A stretch of 64,000 bases of DNA from an uncultured Flavobacteriales bacterium (lineage in GTDB: Bacteria; Bacteroidota; Bacteroidia; Flavobacteriales_D; JABDKJ01): the NCBI GenBank assembly GCA_964609215.1, contig CAZSQZ010000004.1, positions 168,701-232,700 on the forward strand. Direction: 5' to 3'. The notes under the pieces are model-generated. The model was given only the letters and a program-made list of their open reading frames with translations, searched no databases and was not told where the DNA came from. Position numbers and translations under genes: made by a program. Shown piece by piece: positions 9,671-18,180 of this stretch; position 1 is the first letter of the stretch, and each line of letters starts with the position of its first letter.

Positions 9671-10017
9671 TAGTGCTTTTCTTTACCATCATCATACTTG
9701 CAACAGGCAGGCAAAGTCTTATAGGCTTCCTCATTTTTCTTCATCTTGCTGGTTCGGTGTCCCGCATCTGAAAGCAATTTATGCATTTCGTCTTCAGAGA
9801 TTTTCTTAGGATTAAAAACAACTGTAAGTATGGAGGTCTCATTCACCCAATCCGCAGATGCCACACCTACAATGTCTAATGTACTTTCTATTCGTTTTTC
9901 ACACATTCCACAAACACCTTCAACAGCAAAGCTTGTTGTTATAAATTTTGAATTTGGTGCCTTTTGTGCAGCGCAACTAAAAAATAAAATCGAAAAAATA
10001 AATACGAGTAATTTCAT
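9670..10017 (-). CDS. Heavy-metal-associated (HMA) domain lipoprotein
   Basis: Lipobox-like LFFSC, HMA metal site FAVEGVCGMCEKRIESTL, and an extra C-terminal ACCKYDD. Confidence 0.75.
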   Translation of the reverse strand: MKLLVFIFSILFFSCAAQKAPNSKFITTSFAVEGVCGMCEKRIESTLDIVGVASADWVNETSILTVVFNPKKISEDEMHKLLSDAGHRTSKMKKNEEAYKTLPACCKYDDGKEKH

Positions 10018-10078
10018 GTCTGTTTATTAAAATTTAAAATAGCTTGAATCATTGGGCCATTGCCCTAATCAAGATCAA

Positions 10079-10480
10079 TCAAATTCTAAAGACACAATAC
10101 TCTATTCCTAAAGAAGAGTAATCCGGTGGAGGTTGAATATAATCTTCTGCCTCATATAAGTCGGAAACATCTATATCCAGAAAGCTGAACTGCTTTGAAA
10201 ATAAGGCGACATTTTCGGTTGGAACATCAGTTTTAACCTGCCCTAAAAAATCTTCGCTTTCAACAATTATTTCCTTATCGTCACAACATGCTTTTCCATC
10301 ATCTGCATCCTGAGAACCACATCCTGCCATAGAAGAACAGCAATCATTATTCTGTTCAATAATCGAAACCTGAACCAATTGCTTACAGCAAAAATGTTGA
10401 TTCAAAACAAATTGTGCAGAGCTAAATAAACATAGCAATGCGAAAACAAATGCAAATATTTTCTGCTTTACAGCTAACAT
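10079..10480 (-). CDS. Small Cys-rich exported protein, resembling the HYC_CC_PP family as I recall it
   Basis: The likely start is MLAVKQKIFAFVFALLCLF (ATG 10480), not the tracked 10516. Motifs are QHFCC, DCCSSMAGCGS, KACCDD and PPPDY. The family name is from memory and needs an HMM check. Confidence 0.5.
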   Translation of the reverse strand: MLAVKQKIFAFVFALLCLFSSAQFVLNQHFCCKQLVQVSIIEQNNDCCSSMAGCGSQDADDGKACCDDKEIIVESEDFLGQVKTDVPTENVALFSKQFSFLDIDVSDLYEAEDYIQPPPDYSSLGIEYCVFRI

Positions 10481-10537
10481 TTTCCCAAATTTAGCACGGT
10501 TTGTGCACCTTATCAAAGAAATTACGTAAAATATATT

Positions 10538-11461
10538 GTGTTTCTACGCGTCTTCATATTAATAGGTTTTCTCTTCGCGAAGAGCATTTTCGCTCAGGAA
10601 GATATTTATAGAGCAGTAACTATTGAACCTATTGACATCTTTGCGTCCGATGCTTCATGGACCAATGATTCAATAATAAAGAGAGTTATAGCCGACACAA
10701 CATTCTATAAATCCTTTCTTAATATGAAATACTATCCGCATGCTATTGAAGGATATTTACAAGTTTATTTCAAAGATGAGAGAGGAAAGGCAAGATTGGA
10801 TCGCAAAGCAACTCAAATTCTTGAAGGGGATATTAAATGGGTTGAAATTGACGAAGAATCGACTAATGGGAAAATCAGGAAGAAAAATGGAAAGTATAAA
10901 TATTTGACTGCTGAAATGTTTGATGAGGTCTTTTTTCCTACTCATAAGCATAAAGTGAGTCCCAATATTGTTTCAAAAGAACAGAAAGAAAGTAATGAAA
11001 GTAAAATTGATAAGTATAAAAGTCAGCTAAAGAAAATGCTTTTCAATCCGGGTGCACCAATTGAGAGTGTTCCTTTTATTGGAGATAAAATGGCTATTTT
11101 TTCGGATAATATGGTGGAATATTATAACTACACTATTTTCACTTCTCACCTCCCAGATTCAACAGAATGTTTGGTATTTACCTGTGAGGCAAAACCTGAA
11201 TTTCGCAAAAACAAAACAGTGATTAAAAAAATGGTCACCTATTTTGATAAATTCACTTTTGATGTTCTTGATCGAACGTATCATCTCCAGTATGGAAATG
11301 CTATCTTCCAATTCGACATTAATATGTCCATCCAAAATAAAAAGGTGGGTAAGTATTTAGTTCCTAAAAAAATTCATTATTCCGGATGGTGGGATATTCC
11401 TATAAAATCTGCTGAGATCATAGATTTTGAATTGAACTGCTCGGATTATTCCTTCGAATGA
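10538..11461 (+). CDS. Hypothetical secreted protein
   Basis: GTG start and signal peptide MFLRVFILIGFLFAKSIFAQ. No recognised domain. Confidence 0.5.
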   Translation: MFLRVFILIGFLFAKSIFAQEDIYRAVTIEPIDIFASDASWTNDSIIKRVIADTTFYKSFLNMKYYPHAIEGYLQVYFKDERGKARLDRKATQILEGDIKWVEIDEESTNGKIRKKNGKYKYLTAEMFDEVFFPTHKHKVSPNIVSKEQKESNESKIDKYKSQLKKMLFNPGAPIESVPFIGDKMAIFSDNMVEYYNYTIFTSHLPDSTECLVFTCEAKPEFRKNKTVIKKMVTYFDKFTFDVLDRTYHLQYGNAIFQFDINMSIQNKKVGKYLVPKKIHYSGWWDIPIKSAEIIDFELNCSDYSFE

Positions 11462-11488
11462 ATTGATCAAATCAAGAAAAAGGTGATT

Positions 11489-12691
11489 CTATAGTCCCGT
11501 TCTGTGTATGAACCAAATATTATAAAAGAGCATGAAATCTAATCCATTGAACTGTTTATTTTCTGCCCAGATTTGACCAGAACTTCTTTGATCCTCTGAT
11601 GTAAAAAAATAATTATAGCTATTCCAAGCTCCTTGGTTTGTTCCAAATATTCCCATTTGAGAGGCTGCATCCAATATTCTCTCGCTCATGTTTATCAAGC
11701 TGTCCTTTTCAAACTCTTTTTGATTTTCATAAAGAAGTGAATTCATTAAAGGATAGATTAACCAATTATTCTCCAAGGAAAGGTTCTTAAGTTTTGCGCC
11801 TGTTTTATCTCCTGAGGAATTGGACAACATCAAAGAGGTGAGCCTCTTATTTCTTTTACTTAAATCAGATTTTCCATTGCCTCTAAGGAATTTCCAAAAT
11901 TTCCCCTTAAAAAAAGGTATCTTAATAGTCCTACTGGAATCACTATCAAAAAAATAAAACAACTGTTTTAAATCACTGGCATAAGGTCTCATGTTATACT
12001 CTCCATGCACAAAAATATTCGCGTGAGTATTGGCGCATGGGTGCACGATCTTCCATTTATTCTGCTCCAAATAATTGAACATTCTAATGGCATTATCACA
12101 GGCCAATTTATTTAAATCTTCCCCTTTTACTATTGTTCCTAAAGGGATATATTTTTTGACCAGTGCTAAACCTAAAAATATATTTAAGTACTGATCGATA
12201 TCGGGTTCAATACTCCCTTTACTTTGTATTTCACCTGAACTATCTAAATTTGGTTTAGTGTCCCTTTGAACAAAGAAGCCATTAAGGGGAACACTGTCAC
12301 AAGCAAATATTGGCTCGGCACTAGCATCTAAACGCTGCAAAGCTTTTAGAGCTCTATAAAGTTCTATCAAATTCTGAGTTGGACTTAATTCTTCATACTC
12401 AGTAATAGGCAAGTACATTTTAGAAGATAAAATTCTATACTCCGTAGCCAGTAAACCAAGATACCATCCTAAATCATTACCCGTATTATGGTATTGAATT
12501 TCTTTATTCTCTAAATCATAAATTGCTCCAGGAATACTTTTTCCTTCTCCTGAACCAATGGAAATAAACTGTTCCTTAAATGCGTAACGATACTTCCAAT
12601 ACTTAACCTGATTTAAATACTTAGTTTGAGATTTTAGCGAATAAAAGCTCAACATCATTAAAAAGACAAGTAGTGTTTTTTTCAAAATCAT
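11489..12691 (-). CDS. Hypothetical secreted protein
   Basis: The signal peptide MILKKTLLVFLMMLSFYSLKSQ starts at an internal ATG (12691). No recognised domain. Confidence 0.5.
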   Translation of the reverse strand: MILKKTLLVFLMMLSFYSLKSQTKYLNQVKYWKYRYAFKEQFISIGSGEGKSIPGAIYDLENKEIQYHNTGNDLGWYLGLLATEYRILSSKMYLPITEYEELSPTQNLIELYRALKALQRLDASAEPIFACDSVPLNGFFVQRDTKPNLDSSGEIQSKGSIEPDIDQYLNIFLGLALVKKYIPLGTIVKGEDLNKLACDNAIRMFNYLEQNKWKIVHPCANTHANIFVHGEYNMRPYASDLKQLFYFFDSDSSRTIKIPFFKGKFWKFLRGNGKSDLSKRNKRLTSLMLSNSSGDKTGAKLKNLSLENNWLIYPLMNSLLYENQKEFEKDSLINMSERILDAASQMGIFGTNQGAWNSYNYFFTSEDQRSSGQIWAENKQFNGLDFMLFYNIWFIHRTGL

Positions 12692-12853
12692 CTCGATAAA
12701 TATAACGATGATATTAATGGAAAATAACAAAGGAAAATTTAATGCTAAACCATATTTAATAGTAGTTCATCAAGCTTTATGAAACATTCATAGGCTCACA
12801 GCGTATAACAACGCGAAACCAGTTTTATTTTTTACATATTAAAAGCGTGAGCT

Positions 12854-15800
12854 ATGGAAAGTGCAAGGAGAATTTTGAAGTCATTAATGGCTTTTTGTGT
12901 GTTGTTGGGAATATCTGTTAACTCGCAAGCCCAATCCCCCCAATTTAAATTAAGAAAAGATTTAGACAAACATGTTCACGGAGAACAATGTGCGTCTCAA
13001 ACCGTGCATGAAATAAAAATGCAGAATGATCCTGTTTACGCAGAAGCATTTAGGAATGCGGAAGAAATGGTAGAAGCTCATTTAAAGAGTGGAAATAACA
13101 ATAGATCGGGGCAAGTTTATACCATACCTATTGTTGTTCATGTAATTCATACAGGCGAAGCTATTGGCTCAGGAACGAATATATCTGATGAACAGGTTCA
13201 GAGTGCCATTGACGCTTTAAATGAAGATTTCAGAAAGGAACTGGGAACCAATGGTTTCGGAAATGGTGTCGATGTTGAGTTTGAGTTCTGTCTGGCAATT
13301 AGAGATCCTCAAGGAAATGCAACTAATGGTATTAATAGAGTAAACGGTTCTTCTGTTCCCAATTATGCAAATGAAGGAATTGGGATTGGTCAAGGTTCAG
13401 GTGCTTCAGAAAGCGCAGTAAAGAGCTTAAGCCATTGGCCTGCCTCAGACTACTATAATATTTGGATTGTAAATGAAATAGAAGATAATGATGGTGGTGC
13501 CGGTATTCAAGGTTTTGCATATTTTCCAAATGGAACACTTGTAGATGGAACGGTTATCTTATTCAATGCTTTTGGTACCGTTGGAAATTTAAAATCATAT
13601 ACCAGCTTAAACAGAGTTACCACTCATGAAATTGGTCATGCTTTCAGTCTGTACCATACTTTCCAAGGAGGCACTTGCACAGAAAGTAATTGTGCAACTC
13701 AAGGTGATAGGGTTTGTGATACACCTCCAACAGTACTTAGCTCTAGCTGTAATAATCCTGCATGTTCTGGTACACAAATGGTGGATAATTATATGGACTA
13801 CACCAGCGAAACATGTCAAAACATGTTTACACAGGGTCAAAAAGATAGAATGAGAGCTTCATTGGAAACGCAAAGAGCCAGTCTGCTTAACTCCCTTGCT
13901 TGTGTGCCTGTTACATCTGTAGATGCTTCTACGAATAGTATTAACAGCCCAGCTGGATCCTTATGCGCAACCACATTTGAACCGGAAATTACTATTGGCA
14001 ATTTTGGAAGTCAAACCATTACTAGTCTTGAAATTAATTATTATGTGGATAGCGAGAATTCCAATACTTATAATTGGACAGGAAGTTTGGGTACTGCTGA
14101 AACACAGACAATAACATTACCTGCAATAACAAGCACGGTTGGTTCACATACTCTTCACGTATTTACCGAAAATCCTAACGGAAGTACAGATGAAAATCAA
14201 AGCAATGATATTGCAAGTGTCCCATTTGATATTGTGGATGGAGAAACCATTGAGGTTAACATTACTCTTGATAATTATGGCGAAGATAATACATGGGAAA
14301 TCACGGATGCTTCCGGTGCGGTGGTAGCAAGTGGAGGACCCTACGCTAATTTCAATTTAGGTCAGGAAAACCAGATAGATGTTTGTCTGGTTGAAGGTTG
14401 CTATGATTTTACCATATATGATGCATTTGGTGATGGAATGTGTTGCCAATACGGTTTTGGTGCATTTGAAGTAGTATTGCCAGATGGTACTGTCGCTGTT
14501 AGTGGTGGCACCTTCACCGATTCAGCAACTGAAAACTTCTGCTTGAATAGTGGAGGAAGCACGGGACAAGCACCTGTTTCAAATTTCGCAGCTAACCAGA
14601 CCACAACTTGTGAGGGAACAAACATAAATTTCACAGACCAAAGTAATTTTAATCCGACTTCATGGAATTGGATATTTGAAGGTGGAAGTCCATCAACATC
14701 CACTCAGGAAAACCCAAACAACATTTCCTATACATCTCCAGGAACTTATGCTGTAACACTTGAGGTAAGTAACGCAAACGGAACAGATACTGAAGTAAAA
14801 AGTGGATTTATAACGATAACTAATCAACCTGTATTGAGTGGTACTATCATAAATGAGTCGTGTTTTGAATCGAACGATGCATCCATTGATTTACAAATTC
14901 AACATTGGACACCTGGAATGACCTATTCATGGAGTAACGGATTTAACGGTCCAGATCCTTCTGGTTTATCTGCTGGTGTTCACACTGTTAATATAGAAGA
15001 TAACGCGGGTTGTACAGCTATGGCAAGCTTTACCATTAACTCTCCGGATCAAATCAATGTTGACCTTGTGAGCGCGGAAAATGTATCGTGCAATGGTCTT
15101 AGCAATGGTTCAATAGAGGTTGATGTTACCGGAGGAGTTTCAGGCTATTCTTTAAGTTGGAATGATCCAGACAATCAAAACGGAACTATCGCAACAAATT
15201 TGAGCGCGGGAACTTATCATGTGGTTGTCACTGATGCAAACGATTGTTCTTATACAGAAGGATTCATTATTAATGAACCCAGTCCTATTTTACCCACAAA
15301 AGTATTCTCTCAAGCGGATAGTTGTGCCCAAGGTATTGGCTCTGCACAAATTGATGTAGTGGGAGGAACTCCAGGTTATGAAATTGTGTGGAATGATCCA
15401 TTGAATACAACAGGAAATACTTTAGTAAATGCCCTTGCGGGTCAATATGAAGCGCTAATAACAGATCAAAACAACTGTACGAAAACTGCAAGTGTTTGGA
15501 TAGATGAAATTTCATGTGGTGGAACTGCAGTTGGAATAAGCGATTTTGGTGCCAGCTCAACAATGGTATGTGCTGGAAATTCCATAAACTTTACAGACCA
15601 AAGCGATTTTGAAGGTACTTCATGGAATTGGACTTTTGAAGGTGGAACTCCCGAAACTTCTACTGATCAAAATCCAACGAATATTGTTTATTCTGTACCG
15701 GGAACATATTATGTTTCTTTAGAGGTTTCCAATGCAGATGGAAGCGATGCTGAGGTAAAGAATGCTTTTATTACAGTAACAAACGCCCCAACACTTAATG

Positions 15801-16531
15801 GATCAATAACAAATGCTTCATGTTTTGACTCGGAGGATGGAAACATTGACTTGGAACTTTCGGGTGCAGCATCTGGTGTTACTTATAACTGGAGTAATGG
15901 ATTTACAGGACAAGATCCTGATGGTCTTGGTGCTGGTGAGTATACGGTCACACTTATTGATGGGGCGGGATGCAATGCAACAGCAACCTATACGGTTGGC
16001 AGTCCTGAAGATATTTACATAGAAACAGTATTTAGCCAACCCGATTCTTGTGAACTGGGAACTGGAATGGTGGAAGTCGTAATATTCGGTGGAACACCTA
16101 ACTATGATATCGTTTGGAACGATAATTCAAATCAAACAGGAACTATTCTTTCGAATGTGGTTACTGGTGAGTATGAAGGAAATATTACTGATGGTAGTGG
16201 ATGTGAAAAAACGGTAACCGTATATGTTGAAGATATTAATTGTGATGGTACGGTCGGAATAAATGATCAATTGCCGTTTAATGAAATTTCCATTTTCCCG
16301 AATCCCTTAAGTGATGACTTTATGACGATAGATTTCGGTACTTTAAACATAAAAAATTGTGAATTTACCATTTATGATATGTCTGGTAAGAAGATAATAA
16401 GTGAAAGCACTACAGAATTAAATGAAAAGCATCAATTGAATCTATCTAATTTTTCATCGGGAATTTACTTGTTGAATATTAGCACGGATATAGGAAGTTA
16501 TTCGGAACGATTAATAATAAAAAGAGATTAG
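12854..16531 (+). CDS. M43 (pappalysin/cytophagalysin-like) zinc metalloprotease with PKD and SprB-type repeats and a T9SS type A C-terminal domain
   Basis: TTHEIGHAFSLYHTF (HExxHxxxxxH), GDRVCDTPP and NYMDYT..C...FTQGQKDRM. Two PKD-like segments (INFTDQS..SWNW.FEGG.P..S...NP.....PGTY.V.LEVSNA.G). SprB-type repeats (VSCNGLSNGSIEVDVTGGVSGYSLSWND). C-terminus ISIFPNPLSDDFMTIDF...GIYLLNISTD...RLIIKRD. Confidence 0.88.
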   Translation: MESARRILKSLMAFCVLLGISVNSQAQSPQFKLRKDLDKHVHGEQCASQTVHEIKMQNDPVYAEAFRNAEEMVEAHLKSGNNNRSGQVYTIPIVVHVIHTGEAIGSGTNISDEQVQSAIDALNEDFRKELGTNGFGNGVDVEFEFCLAIRDPQGNATNGINRVNGSSVPNYANEGIGIGQGSGASESAVKSLSHWPASDYYNIWIVNEIEDNDGGAGIQGFAYFPNGTLVDGTVILFNAFGTVGNLKSYTSLNRVTTHEIGHAFSLYHTFQGGTCTESNCATQGDRVCDTPPTVLSSSCNNPACSGTQMVDNYMDYTSETCQNMFTQGQKDRMRASLETQRASLLNSLACVPVTSVDASTNSINSPAGSLCATTFEPEITIGNFGSQTITSLEINYYVDSENSNTYNWTGSLGTAETQTITLPAITSTVGSHTLHVFTENPNGSTDENQSNDIASVPFDIVDGETIEVNITLDNYGEDNTWEITDASGAVVASGGPYANFNLGQENQIDVCLVEGCYDFTIYDAFGDGMCCQYGFGAFEVVLPDGTVAVSGGTFTDSATENFCLNSGGSTGQAPVSNFAANQTTTCEGTNINFTDQSNFNPTSWNWIFEGGSPSTSTQENPNNISYTSPGTYAVTLEVSNANGTDTEVKSGFITITNQPVLSGTIINESCFESNDASIDLQIQHWTPGMTYSWSNGFNGPDPSGLSAGVHTVNIEDNAGCTAMASFTINSPDQINVDLVSAENVSCNGLSNGSIEVDVTGGVSGYSLSWNDPDNQNGTIATNLSAGTYHVVVTDANDCSYTEGFIINEPSPILPTKVFSQADSCAQGIGSAQIDVVGGTPGYEIVWNDPLNTTGNTLVNALAGQYEALITDQNNCTKTASVWIDEISCGGTAVGISDFGASSTMVCAGNSINFTDQSDFEGTSWNWTFEGGTPETSTDQNPTNIVYSVPGTYYVSLEVSNADGSDAEVKNAFITVTNAPTLNGSITNASCFDSEDGNIDLELSGAASGVTYNWSNGFTGQDPDGLGAGEYTVTLIDGAGCNATATYTVGSPEDIYIETVFSQPDSCELGTGMVEVVIFGGTPNYDIVWNDNSNQTGTILSNVVTGEYEGNITDGSGCEKTVTVYVEDINCDGTVGINDQLPFNEISIFPNPLSDDFMTIDFGTLNIKNCEFTIYDMSGKKIISESTTELNEKHQLNLSNFSSGIYLLNISTDIGSYSERLIIKRD
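14570..16257 (+). repeat. Internal tandem duplication of a PKD + SprB-repeat module inside the metalloprotease gene
   Basis: Module 1 starts at APVSNFAANQTTTCEGTNINFTDQSNFNPTSWNWIFEGGSPSTS. Module 2 starts at 15533 with GISDFGASSTMVCAGNSINFTDQSDFEGTSWNWTFEGGTPETS. They end in parallel: VWIDEISCGGTAV versus VYVEDINCDGTV. Confidence 0.8.
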
Positions 16532-16562
16532 AAAAAAAGCCCGCTTTAAAGCGGGCTTTTTT
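16532..16562. terminator. Bidirectional rho-independent terminator between convergent genes
   Basis: aaaaaaa-gcccgc-tttaaa-gcgggc-tttttt: a perfect GC stem flanked by an A-run and a T-run. Confidence 0.85.
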
Positions 16563-16574
16563 GTTTCATTTTCT

Positions 16575-18143
16575 TTAGTAAACTGAATTTTTGGTTACAT
16601 CAAAGTGAATCTTAGTATTTATGAAATTCCCCTGAATATCTGTGCATTCAACACGAAAACCAGTATAGTTTCCGCCTGATTGTTTTACTTCTGAAATACC
16701 GCAAACTGTTGGAGTATAGGCAAAATCTGTACCTACTCCTACCGTACTTCCTACAGTAGCATCATAGATTTCAACTATATAATCTTCAGATTCTCCCCAT
16801 ACAGAGGTAATGCAAGGTTGATTTACAAGATTTTGAACTAACCAATCGGATAGAATCCGCATCGTTGTCAGTCCTAATTCAGCATTTGCAGGAACCGTAT
16901 GTTGTCCTGGTAAAGGGCCAGAAGGAGGACCTGACAAAGCACCTGCTTGTACCGGCATTTGATGCGGCATTGAAAAATTTCCATTTGGTGTTTGTCCTCC
17001 CGGAGACATTGGAACCCATGCAATTGCTTCACCAGGATCTGTAAAATCTCCATCTCTATTCCAATCGACCCAGCAAACCATTTCATCTGGCCAATTTCTG
17101 GCAGATTCCATAAACATTCTAAAATAATCGTCTGGTCCTTTGCCCAATCTAATGGTGAGTTGATTCACCTGATTTGCACCTTGGTCAGATGGGTGATATA
17201 TTTGATTGCAAGGAGAATTTGAAGTGATATCTACATTTGGATAATATTTTCCATGATTGCCCATACCATTTTGAATTACGCATGGGTCTTGGCCATTTGT
17301 GCTACAACCAGAAAGAGCTCCCCAAGCGCCACCAGCAAGTTGAGAAACATAATCACCAGCGGAAGGAAGGCCAGGCGCAAATCCTATTCCTGTTGACATC
17401 CATGTACCCCCAGCCGCATTTGTTGGATAGGGCCAAATATCGTTTGGATTTGAGCCAACTGGTGGTAAAAAACCTTCACCATTTTGCATGACCTGCAATT
17501 CGATAGGGTTAGGCCCTGCACCATCTAGGTCCACATAAGATTCTAATCTGAAAGCTTCTATATGACTTGCATTAAAAGGTGCAGAACAATCTGCTATATA
17601 ATTGGGGTCACATACCGGAGGAACAATTGGCAAATCGTCAGGTAAGGGAAGTTTATTGGCTTCACTTGTTAGGGTAACTGTAGGATAAGTGGAAAAAGGA
17701 GTATCAAACGTAATATCGTAAGAACCCGTTCCCAATTCGACCGCTGTAAAACCCAGACCTTCTGTAGTAAACACAAATCCACCAGAACCTCCATTTGCAA
17801 GTGTATCCCAATTATTTCCTACCACCCCAGCATAACCGAAAGGTTTATACTTTATCCACCTATCACCTTCCCAATAATAAAGTCCTGCATCTGCATCAGT
17901 TTGGTAGACAAGCATAGATTCTCCATTATTTGCAGAAGATGCCAGAGTATTACCAAAAGCTACTTTTTGTATTTCTGTCATTTGCGGAACTAGAAATCCT
18001 TGAGAATTTAAACCATCTAAATCTAAAATAGCAGAAGGGTCAGCAACTGTAGAACCATCAGAACTAATCTTTATTCCTTGTCCAAAAGCAATTAAACAAA
18101 GGAACATAGACAGTATGGTTAGTTGTGCTTTCAAGAAAAACAA
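16575..18143 (-). CDS. Secreted GEVED-domain protein, paralog 1 of a 4-gene array
   Basis: Signal peptide ...LIAFGQ. N-module DPSAILDLDGLNSQGFLVPQMTEIQ...MLVYQTDADAGLYYWEGDRWIKYKPF. GEVED-type VDWNRDGDFTDPGE...GESEDYIVEIYD. C-module TPTVCGISEV..GFRVECTDIQGNFINTKIHFDVTKNSVY. Confidence 0.8.
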   Translation of the reverse strand: MFFLKAQLTILSMFLCLIAFGQGIKISSDGSTVADPSAILDLDGLNSQGFLVPQMTEIQKVAFGNTLASSANNGESMLVYQTDADAGLYYWEGDRWIKYKPFGYAGVVGNNWDTLANGGSGGFVFTTEGLGFTAVELGTGSYDITFDTPFSTYPTVTLTSEANKLPLPDDLPIVPPVCDPNYIADCSAPFNASHIEAFRLESYVDLDGAGPNPIELQVMQNGEGFLPPVGSNPNDIWPYPTNAAGGTWMSTGIGFAPGLPSAGDYVSQLAGGAWGALSGCSTNGQDPCVIQNGMGNHGKYYPNVDITSNSPCNQIYHPSDQGANQVNQLTIRLGKGPDDYFRMFMESARNWPDEMVCWVDWNRDGDFTDPGEAIAWVPMSPGGQTPNGNFSMPHQMPVQAGALSGPPSGPLPGQHTVPANAELGLTTMRILSDWLVQNLVNQPCITSVWGESEDYIVEIYDATVGSTVGVGTDFAYTPTVCGISEVKQSGGNYTGFRVECTDIQGNFINTKIHFDVTKNSVY

Positions 18144-18180
18144 ATCAGATCAAATTAAATTGCTCTGATAAATTGCGAAT

